Counted from the stretch's first letter, positions 8,031-17,330 are shown. The stretch is DNA of 64,000 nucleotides from Deltaproteobacteria bacterium (GCA_026388415.1 JAPLJV010000004.1:530-64529), one strand, 5' to 3'. Numbers and translations: made by a program. The notes: generated by a model from the sequence alone, not told the origin.

Positions 8031-9533
8031 TTATCCGATCATTCCCTGAGTAGTCACGGTCCGATTTTCCACTATAGTTTGGGTTTCCGGATAAACGTCA
8101 AGCTCAATAGTGAATATTGTTCCTTCGCCCATCTTGCTTTTCACACCTATCTTGCTGCCATGTCCTTCAATTATGCCATAGGCCATACTCAACCCGAGCC
8201 CGGTGCCTTTTCCTACGTCTTTAGTCGTGAAAAATGGATCAAATATCCGCGAAAGATTCTCTTCGGGAATGCCCTCACCCGTATCGGCGAATTCAATGGT
8301 AATGCTTTTCCGTTCAGAAGAGAAGGCGGTTGAGATGGTTAAAGTGCCGCTGCCGTGAATGGCTTCCGCGGCATTGACCAAAATGTTCATGAATACCTGT
8401 TTCAACTGGCTGCCGTTACCCCGTGCAAAAGGTAACGCCGGATCGAGGTTCTTCACTATCTGAATGTTGTGAAATAAAGCCTGATTCTCCAGGAAGAACA
8501 AGCCATCGGTAATGGCGCGATTGATATCTACGGGGTCCATAATTGGTTCGCTTTGACGAGCAAACTCGAGGAGGCTTTTCACTATTTCCTTACATCGGCC
8601 CGCTTCATGAACGATGCGGGTCAGACCCTGGCGCTGGGGATCATCTTCCGGTAGATCCTCAATTAAAAGACTGGCATAGATAAGAATACCTCCCAAGGGG
8701 TTATTTATTTCATGGGCGATCCCGGCAGCAAGCTTACCAAGAGAAGCAAGTTTTTCTGAGCTTGCCAATTGCAGGAGGGTTTCCTTTAATTTCCGTTCCA
8801 TCAGCAACCGGGGTCGTAAATCGGTAAAAATACCGACACTGGCCGTTTCGTTCCCGGAACTTCCATAAATCAGCGCAGCGGACAACTGGCAGGGTATCTC
8901 CTCGCCAGCCTTATTGATGAGGTTAAGGTGAGAGGGTATAAGTTTTCCCACTCCACCGAAATCAGGGCTGCGCAGCTTCTTCATTGTCTCTTTGGTAACA
9001 CCTGCGGGATAGATTTTGGAAATGTGCATCTTCCCAATAACCTCTTCCGCCGGATAGCCCGTCAGGGTCTCGGCGCCCTTGTTGAATATTATGATATTAC
9101 CCTTCATATCGGCAGCGATAATGCCATCCACGGAGCTGGCAATCAGGTTGGCAAAGAATTCATTTGCTTCCCGGAGCTCATTTTCAATCCGCTTTCTCTC
9201 CGAAATATCACGTATATAGGCGTAAACCTTGCGCTCGCCTTCCAATGTTATCGCCTTGGCGATGCACACCTCTACATCCTTTGTCAGCCCCCCGGCGGTG
9301 CTGAGCTTGCCCTCTGAACAGCTTTTCTCACCATAGCGTTCCGGGTGGGTAAAAAGCTCCTCCACTAACTGGTGAAAATAGGTACCTAAAAGAGAAAGGG
9401 CATTACTTCGTTTTAGTTCCCTATTATCGTAGCCGGTAATAACTGCTGCCATCTGATTGGCAAATTCCACTTTATATCGTTCATCAAAAACCAGGATAGC
9501 GTCGTTGGCCAGTTCGATAATGGACTTATACAT
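8031..9533 (-). CDS. soluble PAS-PAS sensor histidine kinase
   Basis: Two PAS-like segments; H-box AAGIAHEINNPLGG; HATPase_c GTGLGLSMAYGIIEGHGSKIGV; no TM segments seen. It starts 16 nt downstream of the metV stop. Confidence 0.9.
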   Translation of the reverse strand: MYKSIIELANDAILVFDERYKVEFANQMAAVITGYDNRELKRSNALSLLGTYFHQLVEELFTHPERYGEKSCSEGKLSTAGGLTKDVEVCIAKAITLEGERKVYAYIRDISERKRIENELREANEFFANLIASSVDGIIAADMKGNIIIFNKGAETLTGYPAEEVIGKMHISKIYPAGVTKETMKKLRSPDFGGVGKLIPSHLNLINKAGEEIPCQLSAALIYGSSGNETASVGIFTDLRPRLLMERKLKETLLQLASSEKLASLGKLAAGIAHEINNPLGGILIYASLLIEDLPEDDPQRQGLTRIVHEAGRCKEIVKSLLEFARQSEPIMDPVDINRAITDGLFFLENQALFHNIQIVKNLDPALPFARGNGSQLKQVFMNILVNAAEAIHGSGTLTISTAFSSERKSITIEFADTGEGIPEENLSRIFDPFFTTKDVGKGTGLGLSMAYGIIEGHGSKIGVKSKMGEGTIFTIELDVYPETQTIVENRTVTTQGMIG

Positions 9534-9548
9534 CGTGGTTTACTCCTT

Positions 9549-10223
9549 TCATTTGGTATATCTTTCCTTATAAGCTTCCTGAACCAGAGTTCCCTGAGTT
9601 TGATTTCGCCATTCCCTGGCAGGTTTTATCCTGAGAATGTTTTCCAACCTGTTCTGTTGCTTTAGACGTTTATGAATCTCAAACCAGGCACAAGGGGTGT
9701 CTTTGCTCACTTCACATTTACCTTCACGAGATGTTCCTCCGCATGGTCCGTTGAAAAGACTCTTGGCGCATCTTGTTACAGGGCAAATTCCTCCTGTTTC
9801 TCCAAGCACACATTCTCCACAGTTTCGGCAACTCTCCTCAAACCATCCGAGATCTCGATCCACTCCGACAAACATGGTGTTTAAAGCCGGAAAGACAGGT
9901 TTTTCAGGATAGCGGTCCGCGATGAACTGGACCCCGGCGCCACAAGCCATCGAGATGATAGCCTCAGAGGATTTTATCCTCTCATCCAGCAGGAAATAAA
10001 AATCGGCATTGCATTGTCTCTCAATCGTAAAGCCATCTATCTGGGGTGAAATATGGTCCGGTTCAAAAGCTTTTTTCAGTTCTTCATTTAAGAGATCAAC
10101 TTCCCTTTGACCCCCTGAAAGACAAATGGAAGTACAACCCCCACAACCGACATTCAAAACTTTCCTGAAGTGTTTTACCATATCCCTGATTTCGGCAAAA
10201 GGCTTTCTTTCCGCAACGATCAT
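9549..10223 (-). CDS. metV: methylenetetrahydrofolate reductase small subunit (MTHFR C-terminal-domain protein)
   Basis: ORF 9549..10400 trimmed to the ATG at 10223 (GGGAGGGAGAAA SD). MIVAERKPFAEIRDM..., VGCGGCTSIC and CPVTRCAKSLFNGPCGG are MetV/MTHFR_C hallmarks as I recall them. Confidence 0.8.
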   Translation of the reverse strand: MIVAERKPFAEIRDMVKHFRKVLNVGCGGCTSICLSGGQREVDLLNEELKKAFEPDHISPQIDGFTIERQCNADFYFLLDERIKSSEAIISMACGAGVQFIADRYPEKPVFPALNTMFVGVDRDLGWFEESCRNCGECVLGETGGICPVTRCAKSLFNGPCGGTSREGKCEVSKDTPCAWFEIHKRLKQQNRLENILRIKPAREWRNQTQGTLVQEAYKERYTK

Positions 10224-10252
10224 TTTCTCCCTCCCAGGTAAATGTCGAGAAA

Positions 10253-10663
10253 TTATCTCCGGATATGGCACTCCCCACAATACCGGGGACCTGTTTTTTT
10301 CTTTTCCTTCTGGTGGTACCCTGCGTGGCAACCGATACACTGGTCGTGAAAGGCCTGCTGCAAATTGAGGCGCAACTTTGAACCATGGCAATTTGAACAA
10401 CGGATATCCGCATTTCCCGCCTCCAGTTTACTTTCGTCGAGAACATTTTTCCCCTTTTGATAAAGATGATGACACGCTTTACAGTCCAGTCCGGCCTCGA
10501 TGTGCTGGTTATGGGGAAACGTCACTACCGGACGTCCTTTATTCTTAAAGGTATTCGAAGAATCTAATACCATCTTGTCCTGCTGCGCCATGAGGACGGA
10601 TCCGGTTAAAGCGATCATGGCCGCCAACGTGATCATCAGAATCATGACGCATTTCCATTTCAT
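10253..10663 (-). CDS. periplasmic tetraheme cytochrome c (c3 family)
   Basis: Signal peptide MKWKCVMILMITLAAMIALTGSVLMA. Four CxxCH motifs (CKACH, CSNCH, CIGCH, CGECH) in a mature protein of about 110 aa. Confidence 0.85.
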   Translation of the reverse strand: MKWKCVMILMITLAAMIALTGSVLMAQQDKMVLDSSNTFKNKGRPVVTFPHNQHIEAGLDCKACHHLYQKGKNVLDESKLEAGNADIRCSNCHGSKLRLNLQQAFHDQCIGCHAGYHQKEKKKTGPRYCGECHIRR

Positions 10664-10680
10664 ACCCTTACTCCCTCAAT

Positions 10681-11082
10681 CTACAACCAGCTTTCCGAAG
10701 AGACCTCATCTATCTGAGGGTACACATCCTGAGATCGGCAGATGCTACGGGTAAAAGCGATCATACTCGGAATGTTAATGCCGATTGGGCAATAACAACG
10801 GCTACAGAGGACACAGTTTCTCCACACGATCCCCTTGATCTCTATCAAAAATCGGCGATCCACTTCACCCCGCTTTTTATATAGTTTTCCTAAAGATTGA
10901 ATGACTTTGTAAGAGGGCATGTATTGGGGATCTTTGTTATGAGCCCTATATAAGAAACAGCTTTCCGCACAAAGGCTGCAATGGGAGCAAAAAGACAGAT
11001 ATCGTTTCATTTTGCCTTTTTGACGATTCAACATCTCTTTGATCGTTTCGGTATCAATGGGCTTTATTTCCTGGTTGGACAT
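10681..11082 (-). CDS. HdrC-like / DsrK-N-terminal-like iron-sulfur protein (two putative [4Fe-4S] sites, no CCG domain)
   Basis: 133 aa. Contains CSHCSLCAESC (CxxCxxCxxxC) and CVLCSRCYCP (CxxCxxCxCP). No signal peptide, so predicted cytoplasmic. Confidence 0.7.
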   Translation of the reverse strand: MSNQEIKPIDTETIKEMLNRQKGKMKRYLSFCSHCSLCAESCFLYRAHNKDPQYMPSYKVIQSLGKLYKKRGEVDRRFLIEIKGIVWRNCVLCSRCYCPIGINIPSMIAFTRSICRSQDVYPQIDEVSSESWL

Positions 11083-11123
11083 TTTGCTCTCCGTTATTCC
11101 CTATGACATCGTAATCATTTGCG

Positions 11124-11762
11124 TTACCACGTCCTGCTTCCCCGGGTGAAACTGTATTCGCTCCCGATCAAGAAACGATACAGGAAGAAAAAGAGCATGT
11201 GACCCAATTTCGTAAACGGGATGGCTATGAGCAGGAGTTCTCCCGCGAGAATGTGAAGGATCATGATAATATGATAGTCAAACCACTGATGATATGCCAG
11301 AAATCCGGTTAAAAAGGGGGCGACTGCTATGAGCAGAACAACATAGTCGTATAGCGAAGTGATGGCTCGAACCCGAGCCAGAAAAAGGCGCCGCATCAGG
11401 AAAAACGCCGCGCAGATCAGTACCGCTATCGTCAACCCGTCGGTGAAAGATTCAGGGAGATTCCCAAGGCTTACCCCCCAAGACTGATTCAGGAGAATAT
11501 TATGTCCCAGCAAGAAAATGGGCGCGAGGATCAGGCAGACATGGAACACCGATGTCGCAATCATCATGAGGGGATCGGTTTTCCATAAAGTCCATTGCCG
11601 GGAAGTAAGGGCGAAGAATGGTTTTTCCATGCCGGCGAGGGGTGGCAAAATCCATTCTTTTTTTTTCGTCAATTTGAAAAATTGGCTCCCCTGATAGAGC
11701 AGCCCCAAAACAAATATGATAAAAGAGGTGGATACTAACTGGCCTCCGATCAAATCGTACAT
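11124..11762 (-). CDS. NarI/DsrM/HdrE-family membrane cytochrome b-like protein
   Basis: 212 aa with about 5-6 hydrophobic helices. His residues in helix contexts (FHVCL, LGHNIL, ILHILAGE, FTKLGHMLFF); the C-terminal P-F-T-K-L-x-H motif is typical of the nitrate-reductase-gamma family. Confidence 0.7.
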   Translation of the reverse strand: MYDLIGGQLVSTSFIIFVLGLLYQGSQFFKLTKKKEWILPPLAGMEKPFFALTSRQWTLWKTDPLMMIATSVFHVCLILAPIFLLGHNILLNQSWGVSLGNLPESFTDGLTIAVLICAAFFLMRRLFLARVRAITSLYDYVVLLIAVAPFLTGFLAYHQWFDYHIIMILHILAGELLLIAIPFTKLGHMLFFFLYRFLIGSEYSFTRGSRTW

Positions 11763-11776
11763 GAACCTCTCCTTAT

Positions 11777-12700
11777 CTAAACTTGAGGTCTGGGAAGGAG
11801 CTTGGCCCGTTCAGCGATTTCCGGCACCCGATGTTCCCATTCAATGGCCATCAGATGAATCCCATGTAATCCCTTAATTTGCTTCATCTCCTCAATCTGC
11901 TCAAGGCAGATTTTAATTCCTTCTTCGGCGCCGGCGCCCTTGGGCGCTTTTGCCATCCGGTCTATGATATCATCAGGGATAGTAATGCCGGAGACATTAT
12001 TTGCCATGTATCGGGCCATACCGACTGATTTAAGAGGGGTCACTCCCGCCAGAATGTGCACCTTTTCGGTCAGTCCCATATCGCTGGCCTGTTTCATCCA
12101 TTCCCGGAACAGTTTCATGTCATAAATGCATTGAGTCTGGATAAAGTCTGCCCCCGCGCTTATTTTTTTTGCCAAACGATGGACCCGCCATTCAAAAGGT
12201 TCAGCAAAGGGATTGGCAGCAGCGCCGATGAAGAGCTGAGGCGCCCCATCAATATCATCGCCGTTAAGAAATTTTTTGTCATCCCGCATCCTCTTTACCA
12301 TTTGGACAAGTTGGATGGAATCAATGTCGAAGACCCCTTTGGTAAAAGGATGGTTGCCAAATTGCTGGTGGTCGCCTGATAGACAGAGCATATTCCGGAT
12401 ACCATGAGCATAGGCGCCCAGGATATCGCTCTGCATGGCGATACGGTTGCGGTCCCGACAGACCATCTGATAGTTCGGTTCCAACCCTTCCTGAATGGCA
12501 ATTAAAGCCGCCGCCCAACTTGCCATTCGCACGACAGCAGTTTGGTTATCTGTGATGTTCACCATATCGGTGATCCCTTTTAGGTAACCGGCTTTCTTTC
12601 GGATCGCCTCCACATTGGCCCCCTGGGGCGGGCCGAGTTCAGAAGTGAAAGCAAAATGTCCAGCTTCGAGAACTCTTTCAAGACGGCTTCCTGACTTCAT
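11777..12700 (-). CDS. metF: 5,10-methylenetetrahydrofolate reductase (acetogen-type MetF)
   Basis: ORF 11777..12733 trimmed to the ATG at 12700 (MKSGSRLERVLEAG...), which removes the overlap with acsE. MetF-family sequence throughout (NITDNQTA, CLSGDH, FIQTQ). Confidence 0.9.
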   Translation of the reverse strand: MKSGSRLERVLEAGHFAFTSELGPPQGANVEAIRKKAGYLKGITDMVNITDNQTAVVRMASWAAALIAIQEGLEPNYQMVCRDRNRIAMQSDILGAYAHGIRNMLCLSGDHQQFGNHPFTKGVFDIDSIQLVQMVKRMRDDKKFLNGDDIDGAPQLFIGAAANPFAEPFEWRVHRLAKKISAGADFIQTQCIYDMKLFREWMKQASDMGLTEKVHILAGVTPLKSVGMARYMANNVSGITIPDDIIDRMAKAPKGAGAEEGIKICLEQIEEMKQIKGLHGIHLMAIEWEHRVPEIAERAKLLPRPQV

Positions 12701-12717
12701 GGATATTTCCCTTTTCG

Positions 12718-13620
12718 TTAAAACTCCAACCATGAATCCGAGTAAAGGGTCTTCCCGATCAAGACCTTGGTCGTCTTGATAAAGTTCACCTGTTCCTTCG
12801 TCAGCGAGGCAACAGCAATATCCTCGCCATCCATCGTACGGGCGACAATATCCCGGAGTTCTGGCCTGCTGCCGCTGGCAAGGGCCTTAATTTCTTCGTC
12901 GAAGGCATCTACGATGCAGCTTACCATGCCGTATCTCTCCAGCATCATCATGTAGGTCTGATTAATGATGGGGCGCAAATGGTCCGGGGCGCCGTTGGAA
13001 ACATTGGAAAGACCGCAGGTTGACTTCAGCCCCGGGGCCATCTCCTGGAAATCCTGAAACATCATCATGAATTCCACACAGCTCGGCACCTGCACCTGGC
13101 TTTGGGGGCTGGTAATGGGTGTGACGATGGGATCAATCCACAAATCCTCATTAGGAATGCCGAATTCCGCGGCCTTCAGCATTAACTCCGCTGCCAGCAC
13201 GCCTCTTTCACTGGCATCCCGGGGCAGCCCGGAAGGTCCCCAGAGGAGGGCCACCAGGCCGGCATTGTATTTCTGGGCCAGGGGAAATTTTGCGGCCATG
13301 CTCTCCGGGCGAGCCATCACCGAATTGATGACGGGTTTGCCCTTTTTGTTTTGGTACACCTTCAAGCCCGCCTCGATGGCTTCGTTGTTAATCGTATCTA
13401 AGTACAAGGGAGTGTCAACAACTTCCTGCACGACTTTGACCACCCACTCCATTAATTCGGCGCCATCTTTCCGCGCCGGTCCCAAGTTGATATCTATATA
13501 GTCAACCCCAGCTTTGGCCTCGGCGATGGCCAGTTCCTGGATCGGCTTGGGGTCCCTGTCCTTCATCGCCGTACCTATTCTCTTAACCATTACATTAAGG
13601 TTTTCTCCGACACGAATCAT
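12718..13620 (-). CDS. acsE: methyltetrahydrofolate:corrinoid/iron-sulfur protein methyltransferase
   Basis: 300 aa. Pterin-binding fold sequence (IGENLNV..., DYIDINLGP, PLYLDT, GLSNVSNG). GAGGAGGAG SD. Sits in the ACS gene context. Confidence 0.9.
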   Translation of the reverse strand: MIRVGENLNVMVKRIGTAMKDRDPKPIQELAIAEAKAGVDYIDINLGPARKDGAELMEWVVKVVQEVVDTPLYLDTINNEAIEAGLKVYQNKKGKPVINSVMARPESMAAKFPLAQKYNAGLVALLWGPSGLPRDASERGVLAAELMLKAAEFGIPNEDLWIDPIVTPITSPQSQVQVPSCVEFMMMFQDFQEMAPGLKSTCGLSNVSNGAPDHLRPIINQTYMMMLERYGMVSCIVDAFDEEIKALASGSRPELRDIVARTMDGEDIAVASLTKEQVNFIKTTKVLIGKTLYSDSWLEF

Positions 13621-13654
13621 CTGCTGCTGCTCCTCCTCAATTAATTTCTAATTA

Positions 13655-15001
13655 CTAAACGCCCATTTTCAGGAACGGTGCCAGGTGAGCAGCTTCGCGC
13701 GGCCCGATCTTCACTTCCCATTCCGGTCCCAGTTCCTCTTCCAGATCGCCGCTGACGGCGGCCACAAATCCAGGAATGATGAGCTTCTTATGCTTGACTC
13801 GCTCGGTAATGCCACATTTCTTGACAAACTGGCCAATAGCATCACCGACAAATTTACCGGCAGCCCAGGCGGTAAGAACGGACAGTCCTTCCGTGTCCAT
13901 GACCAAAAGCCAGCTCGACACGCGGCTCGCCTCTATTTCACCGGACACGATAAAGTAGGTCAAAGCAAAATTGGTGGTAATCAGTACGGGGGAATCCTCC
14001 GTGGGATTGCCGATCGGATAGATGCCCTGCTTCATCATCATCGGACGTTGCGGGTCGGTGTAGATATTGAGTCGCGAGACTAAAAGGGGGAATAAGACTT
14101 CTCCCTGGAAGTCGGAAAGAACTATAATTCCAGCATATTTGGCTATGAACATGGCAGCTATGAGCGCCTCCTTAGCTGGATTGGCCGTCATTTCGCAGGG
14201 GAAGGTGATCGTGGGAAATCCCAGGGAGCGATTCTTCTGCACCAGGGCGGCGCGGCGTAAAAATACCTGATCCTCGAAGGCGCGACGCACTGTTCGGGCG
14301 CCGGTGTCCAGGACGATGTCCTTTATTCCGGCCGCACTCAGTTTATCCGTCAGAGCGCTCAGGCTATCCATATTATCGGCCCTGGCAGCCAGCGGACATT
14401 TGTATTCCCTGGCTAAGGCCGCCAGCGCATCGCTGTTGCCATCGGTAGCGGCGTAAATCAGCGGCAGGCGAGCTGCCGATACCTTGACCGCAGCCGTCAT
14501 GGCCTCCACATTGGTGCTCATGAGGACCAAAGCGGCATCCGTCTCATCCATGACCTTTTTGACCAGCGCTTCATACTTGCCGGCATCCCCGGATTCATTC
14601 TTGAGGGCGATCATCTCGGGACGCAGCACGAGTCCAATCCACTCATACCGCAATTCCTTAAAGCGTTTGATCCGACCCGCGACCTCGTCTGCGGCCATGG
14701 CATCGCTAATGAGAATAGCGAACCCCGGTTTGTTGACGAAGGTTTTTTCATGACGGAAAAGAACCGTTTCGCCGCCGATTTTCACCACGTTATCGCCCGG
14801 GCCAAAAGCAATCGGTCGAATGGGCGGCGCCGATGCTTCCGAAAGCTGAGCACTTGATTCCTCTGATATATGCGGGCATGAGGCTAATTCCGCCTTGGCT
14901 GCCGCCAGATTCATGGCAAAGGCCAGACAGGTAGGCACCCCGCATTCACCGCAGTTTGTTTTGGGCAATAACTTAAATATCTGAATCCCCGTCAGAGCCA
15001 T
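13655..15001 (-). CDS. acsC: corrinoid iron-sulfur protein large subunit
   Basis: The N-terminal LPKTNCGECGVPTCLAFAMNLA [4Fe-4S] motif is typical of AcsC/CdhE. 448 aa. Confidence 0.9.
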   Translation of the reverse strand: MALTGIQIFKLLPKTNCGECGVPTCLAFAMNLAAAKAELASCPHISEESSAQLSEASAPPIRPIAFGPGDNVVKIGGETVLFRHEKTFVNKPGFAILISDAMAADEVAGRIKRFKELRYEWIGLVLRPEMIALKNESGDAGKYEALVKKVMDETDAALVLMSTNVEAMTAAVKVSAARLPLIYAATDGNSDALAALAREYKCPLAARADNMDSLSALTDKLSAAGIKDIVLDTGARTVRRAFEDQVFLRRAALVQKNRSLGFPTITFPCEMTANPAKEALIAAMFIAKYAGIIVLSDFQGEVLFPLLVSRLNIYTDPQRPMMMKQGIYPIGNPTEDSPVLITTNFALTYFIVSGEIEASRVSSWLLVMDTEGLSVLTAWAAGKFVGDAIGQFVKKCGITERVKHKKLIIPGFVAAVSGDLEEELGPEWEVKIGPREAAHLAPFLKMGV

Positions 15002-15020
15002 TTCTACTCTCCTTCCAGCT

Positions 15021-15092
15021 TAAAAAAGTGCTGAGTTCCGAGTACTGAGTGCTGAGTACTTTCTTTTACTTAGTCCTCAGCACTTAGCACTC
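15021..15092 (-). repeat. intercistronic palindromic repeat, copy 1 (terminator-like hairpin plus U-tract, between acsB and acsC)
   Basis: Plus strand: TAAAAAAGTGCTGAGTTCCGAGTACTGAGTGCTGAGTACTTTCTTTTACTTAGTCCTCAGCACTTAGCACT. On the minus (mRNA) sense the AGTGCTAAGTGCTGAGG arm pairs with the downstream arm and is followed by UUUUUU. The element ends 19 nt before the acsC ATG. Confidence 0.8.
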
Positions 15093-15116
15093 TTCCTTTA
15101 TATGATCTATTAGACA

Positions 15117-17330
15117 CTATCCCAGTATTGATTCCATGGTAAGCGCCGGGTGGTTCTTTTCCGTCAAGAACGGCAGAATCTCATCTTCTGTGACCCCGAT
15201 CGTCTCATCGGCGATCATATCAACAAAATTGGCAATTCCCAGTTCGGCCGCCCGTTTCTCCAATCGCTCCCTCAGCTCCTCTTTGAGTATCTTGGGCATC
15301 CACACTAATCTTGGCAATCCTCCGTCGCCTGTCACCCACTTGCGCTGGGTGATATTGTACTTGCTGTGACCGAGGAATCCGGGCGTGACGCCGCCGCCGC
15401 CGGCTGTTCCGGCCAGGGTGGAGAACTTCATTCCGGAGGGGGTCATGCCGTTGAAATCACGGTTCACTGTCATGATGCCATTGCACATGGGCATAACGGC
15501 GGCGATACATTCGCAGCATCCGCAGGTGGTCATGGGATCGTTCATGAGGCTGTACATGCTCACCGCTTCGATCTTCTGCCGGGAAGCGTTGAACACAAAG
15601 TCGTTTACGCCCTTCCACTGGCCGTAGCGATCGTTAAGTGTTTCTCCCTTGGGTACAGGCTGGTTTGGTCCCGTAGGATTGATCTCGAAGGAGGCCTTGC
15701 AGTCCATCCAGTTATAGGCGCCGCAGAGCCCGGTCCGTTCGGGGCTGATAACGCAGACGTGGCTGGGGGCAAAGGACTGGCAGAGGGTGCAGGAGTAGAA
15801 AGTATCGGTGGTCTCGTCGGTCATGCCCTCCACCCGGGCGTCCCGCTTGGCGTAAACTGTCCGGGCCTTGGTCACAAGCTCGCTCACCTTTGCCTTTTCC
15901 GTATAGATCTTTACCTGCACCTTGTCGAAGATGGCTCCGAAATCCTGGTGGAACCTGGCATGAAGGATCCGGCCAATATCGGCCAGGCGGAACCCCTTAT
16001 CCACCGCGGCCTTGCCGACCCTCAACCAGGCAATATCCCGCTGACCAATATGCATGATACCTTGGGCATAATTGATCAGGTGGTGAATCTGACGTTCCAG
16101 GATAGGCTCGAAATCCTCCTGCATCTTCCGGCCCGCCACCTCCGCCACAATGGCTAAGGGGAGCTGGGCCGGCGGAGTGAGTTGATCCAGATCGGGACCG
16201 ATAACCTCTACCCTGCCGTCTTCGACTTCGGCGATGCTCATGGAGGTAACCCACTCCACAGCCTGGGTCCGGCCACCGCCGCACTCCAGATAGATATCCT
16301 CGCCGCGGACCCGTTCGCCTTCAAAGGCCGGTCCATAGGCGACCGGCACCGGGACATTGGACACCGTAACCTTCAGGCCCCTTACCTCGACGGACCGCTG
16401 GACTATCTGGTCGTGAGGGACATTGGCCACCACATGTTCATAGGTACACACGCCCGTGGGCAGGATTTCCGGGATATCCGTATCGGCGATGGTGGGGAAG
16501 CCCCAGTTCACGCAACCCGCAGCGTTGGCCGCCCACTCGGCGCCTACATCGCCCAGGGCGTTGACAAAGGCAAATATCCGGTCCTTATTGTAAAGAAGCA
16601 TCTTCTTGGCGTCGCCTGGTTGCACCCCGCCAAAGGCCATGGCAGCCCGGTTGGCAAAACCCAGGGCGAAGACGGCGGCGGAGATATCCGGTCCGAAGGG
16701 GACCAGACGGGTGTTCCAGCCGATCTGCACCCCTGCTTCGCGGAGCTGCTCCGAGAAGGTGGTGCCGTTCTGGTTGCCGGCCATGAATACATAGAGGTTC
16801 TTTTTCTGATATTCCTCGGCAATCATCTTTGCCGTTCCGGGATCGGGGGCGGCGCCCACAATGGCAGCAAAGCCCGGGGCGGAGCCGTCCACAAATTCGA
16901 TCCCCCGCTTCCGGAAGATCACGTCCCCGGCAGCGCCCAGCCAGATCTTGCCGGAGACCTCGTCAATCTCCTCGCTCGTGAGGTAAAAATCGGGATCCTC
17001 GATATAGCGAATGGCCTCCACTATTTCCTCGGCCAGGATGGCCGCCATGCCGGCATCCAGCAGGGGGCCAAGGTAGGGCAGGTGATAAACATTCTTTATG
17101 TGGGACGGGAGCAGACCCCGACAGATTTCCATAGGTTTCCTGGCATCGCCCAGGGTCTTGACCGGGATGCCCAGAATCGAATAGATAATGGGCAGGTAAT
17201 AGGCGGTATTGGGAAATTCCAGTTTCTGTTCAGGTCCGTATTTTTCCAAGGCCTTCTTCAATTTACCCTCGGCCTTGGAAACGATATTGTATGCGCCCTG
17301 AATGGCGGCAAAGGCAACTAATTTGGACAT
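15117..17330 (-). CDS. acsB: acetyl-CoA synthase (CODH/ACS alpha subunit)
   Basis: 737 aa. A-cluster ligand regions CTLCQSFAPSHVCVISPERTGLCGA and TTCGCCECI. N-terminus typical of bacterial AcsB. Confidence 0.95.
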   Translation of the reverse strand: MSKLVAFAAIQGAYNIVSKAEGKLKKALEKYGPEQKLEFPNTAYYLPIIYSILGIPVKTLGDARKPMEICRGLLPSHIKNVYHLPYLGPLLDAGMAAILAEEIVEAIRYIEDPDFYLTSEEIDEVSGKIWLGAAGDVIFRKRGIEFVDGSAPGFAAIVGAAPDPGTAKMIAEEYQKKNLYVFMAGNQNGTTFSEQLREAGVQIGWNTRLVPFGPDISAAVFALGFANRAAMAFGGVQPGDAKKMLLYNKDRIFAFVNALGDVGAEWAANAAGCVNWGFPTIADTDIPEILPTGVCTYEHVVANVPHDQIVQRSVEVRGLKVTVSNVPVPVAYGPAFEGERVRGEDIYLECGGGRTQAVEWVTSMSIAEVEDGRVEVIGPDLDQLTPPAQLPLAIVAEVAGRKMQEDFEPILERQIHHLINYAQGIMHIGQRDIAWLRVGKAAVDKGFRLADIGRILHARFHQDFGAIFDKVQVKIYTEKAKVSELVTKARTVYAKRDARVEGMTDETTDTFYSCTLCQSFAPSHVCVISPERTGLCGAYNWMDCKASFEINPTGPNQPVPKGETLNDRYGQWKGVNDFVFNASRQKIEAVSMYSLMNDPMTTCGCCECIAAVMPMCNGIMTVNRDFNGMTPSGMKFSTLAGTAGGGGVTPGFLGHSKYNITQRKWVTGDGGLPRLVWMPKILKEELRERLEKRAAELGIANFVDMIADETIGVTEDEILPFLTEKNHPALTMESILG

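Noticed and set aside
7816-8049. 77-aa plus-strand ORF in the AT-rich spacer
   Set aside because: No SD. It overlaps the histidine-kinase 3' end. Its composition is unlike the coding sequence nearby.
10224-10400. 59-codon N-terminal extension of the metV ORF. Similar extensions occur at coaE 889-1005, the DUF799 gene 37433-37495, pcm 45538-45645, skp 54748-54807 and bamA 57066-57143.
   Set aside because: In each case an internal start gives the canonical N-terminus or signal peptide, has a better SD, and removes an overlap with the upstream gene.
15031-15060. Tandem GAGTACT/GAGTGCT heptamers (also at 17361-17396), considered as a CRISPR array or a microsatellite
   Set aside because: The units are 7 nt with no spacers, and they form one arm of the intercistronic hairpin. 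This is not a CRISPR array.
15366-16157. 263-aa plus-strand ORF
   Set aside because: Antisense to acsB. Low-complexity G/H/A-rich sequence with no start context.
16182-17321. 379-aa plus-strand ORF
   Set aside because: It is completely nested antisense to acsB. Its composition is Gly/His/Arg/Pro-rich with no motifs or SD. This is the typical shadow ORF of a GC-rich, codon-biased gene.
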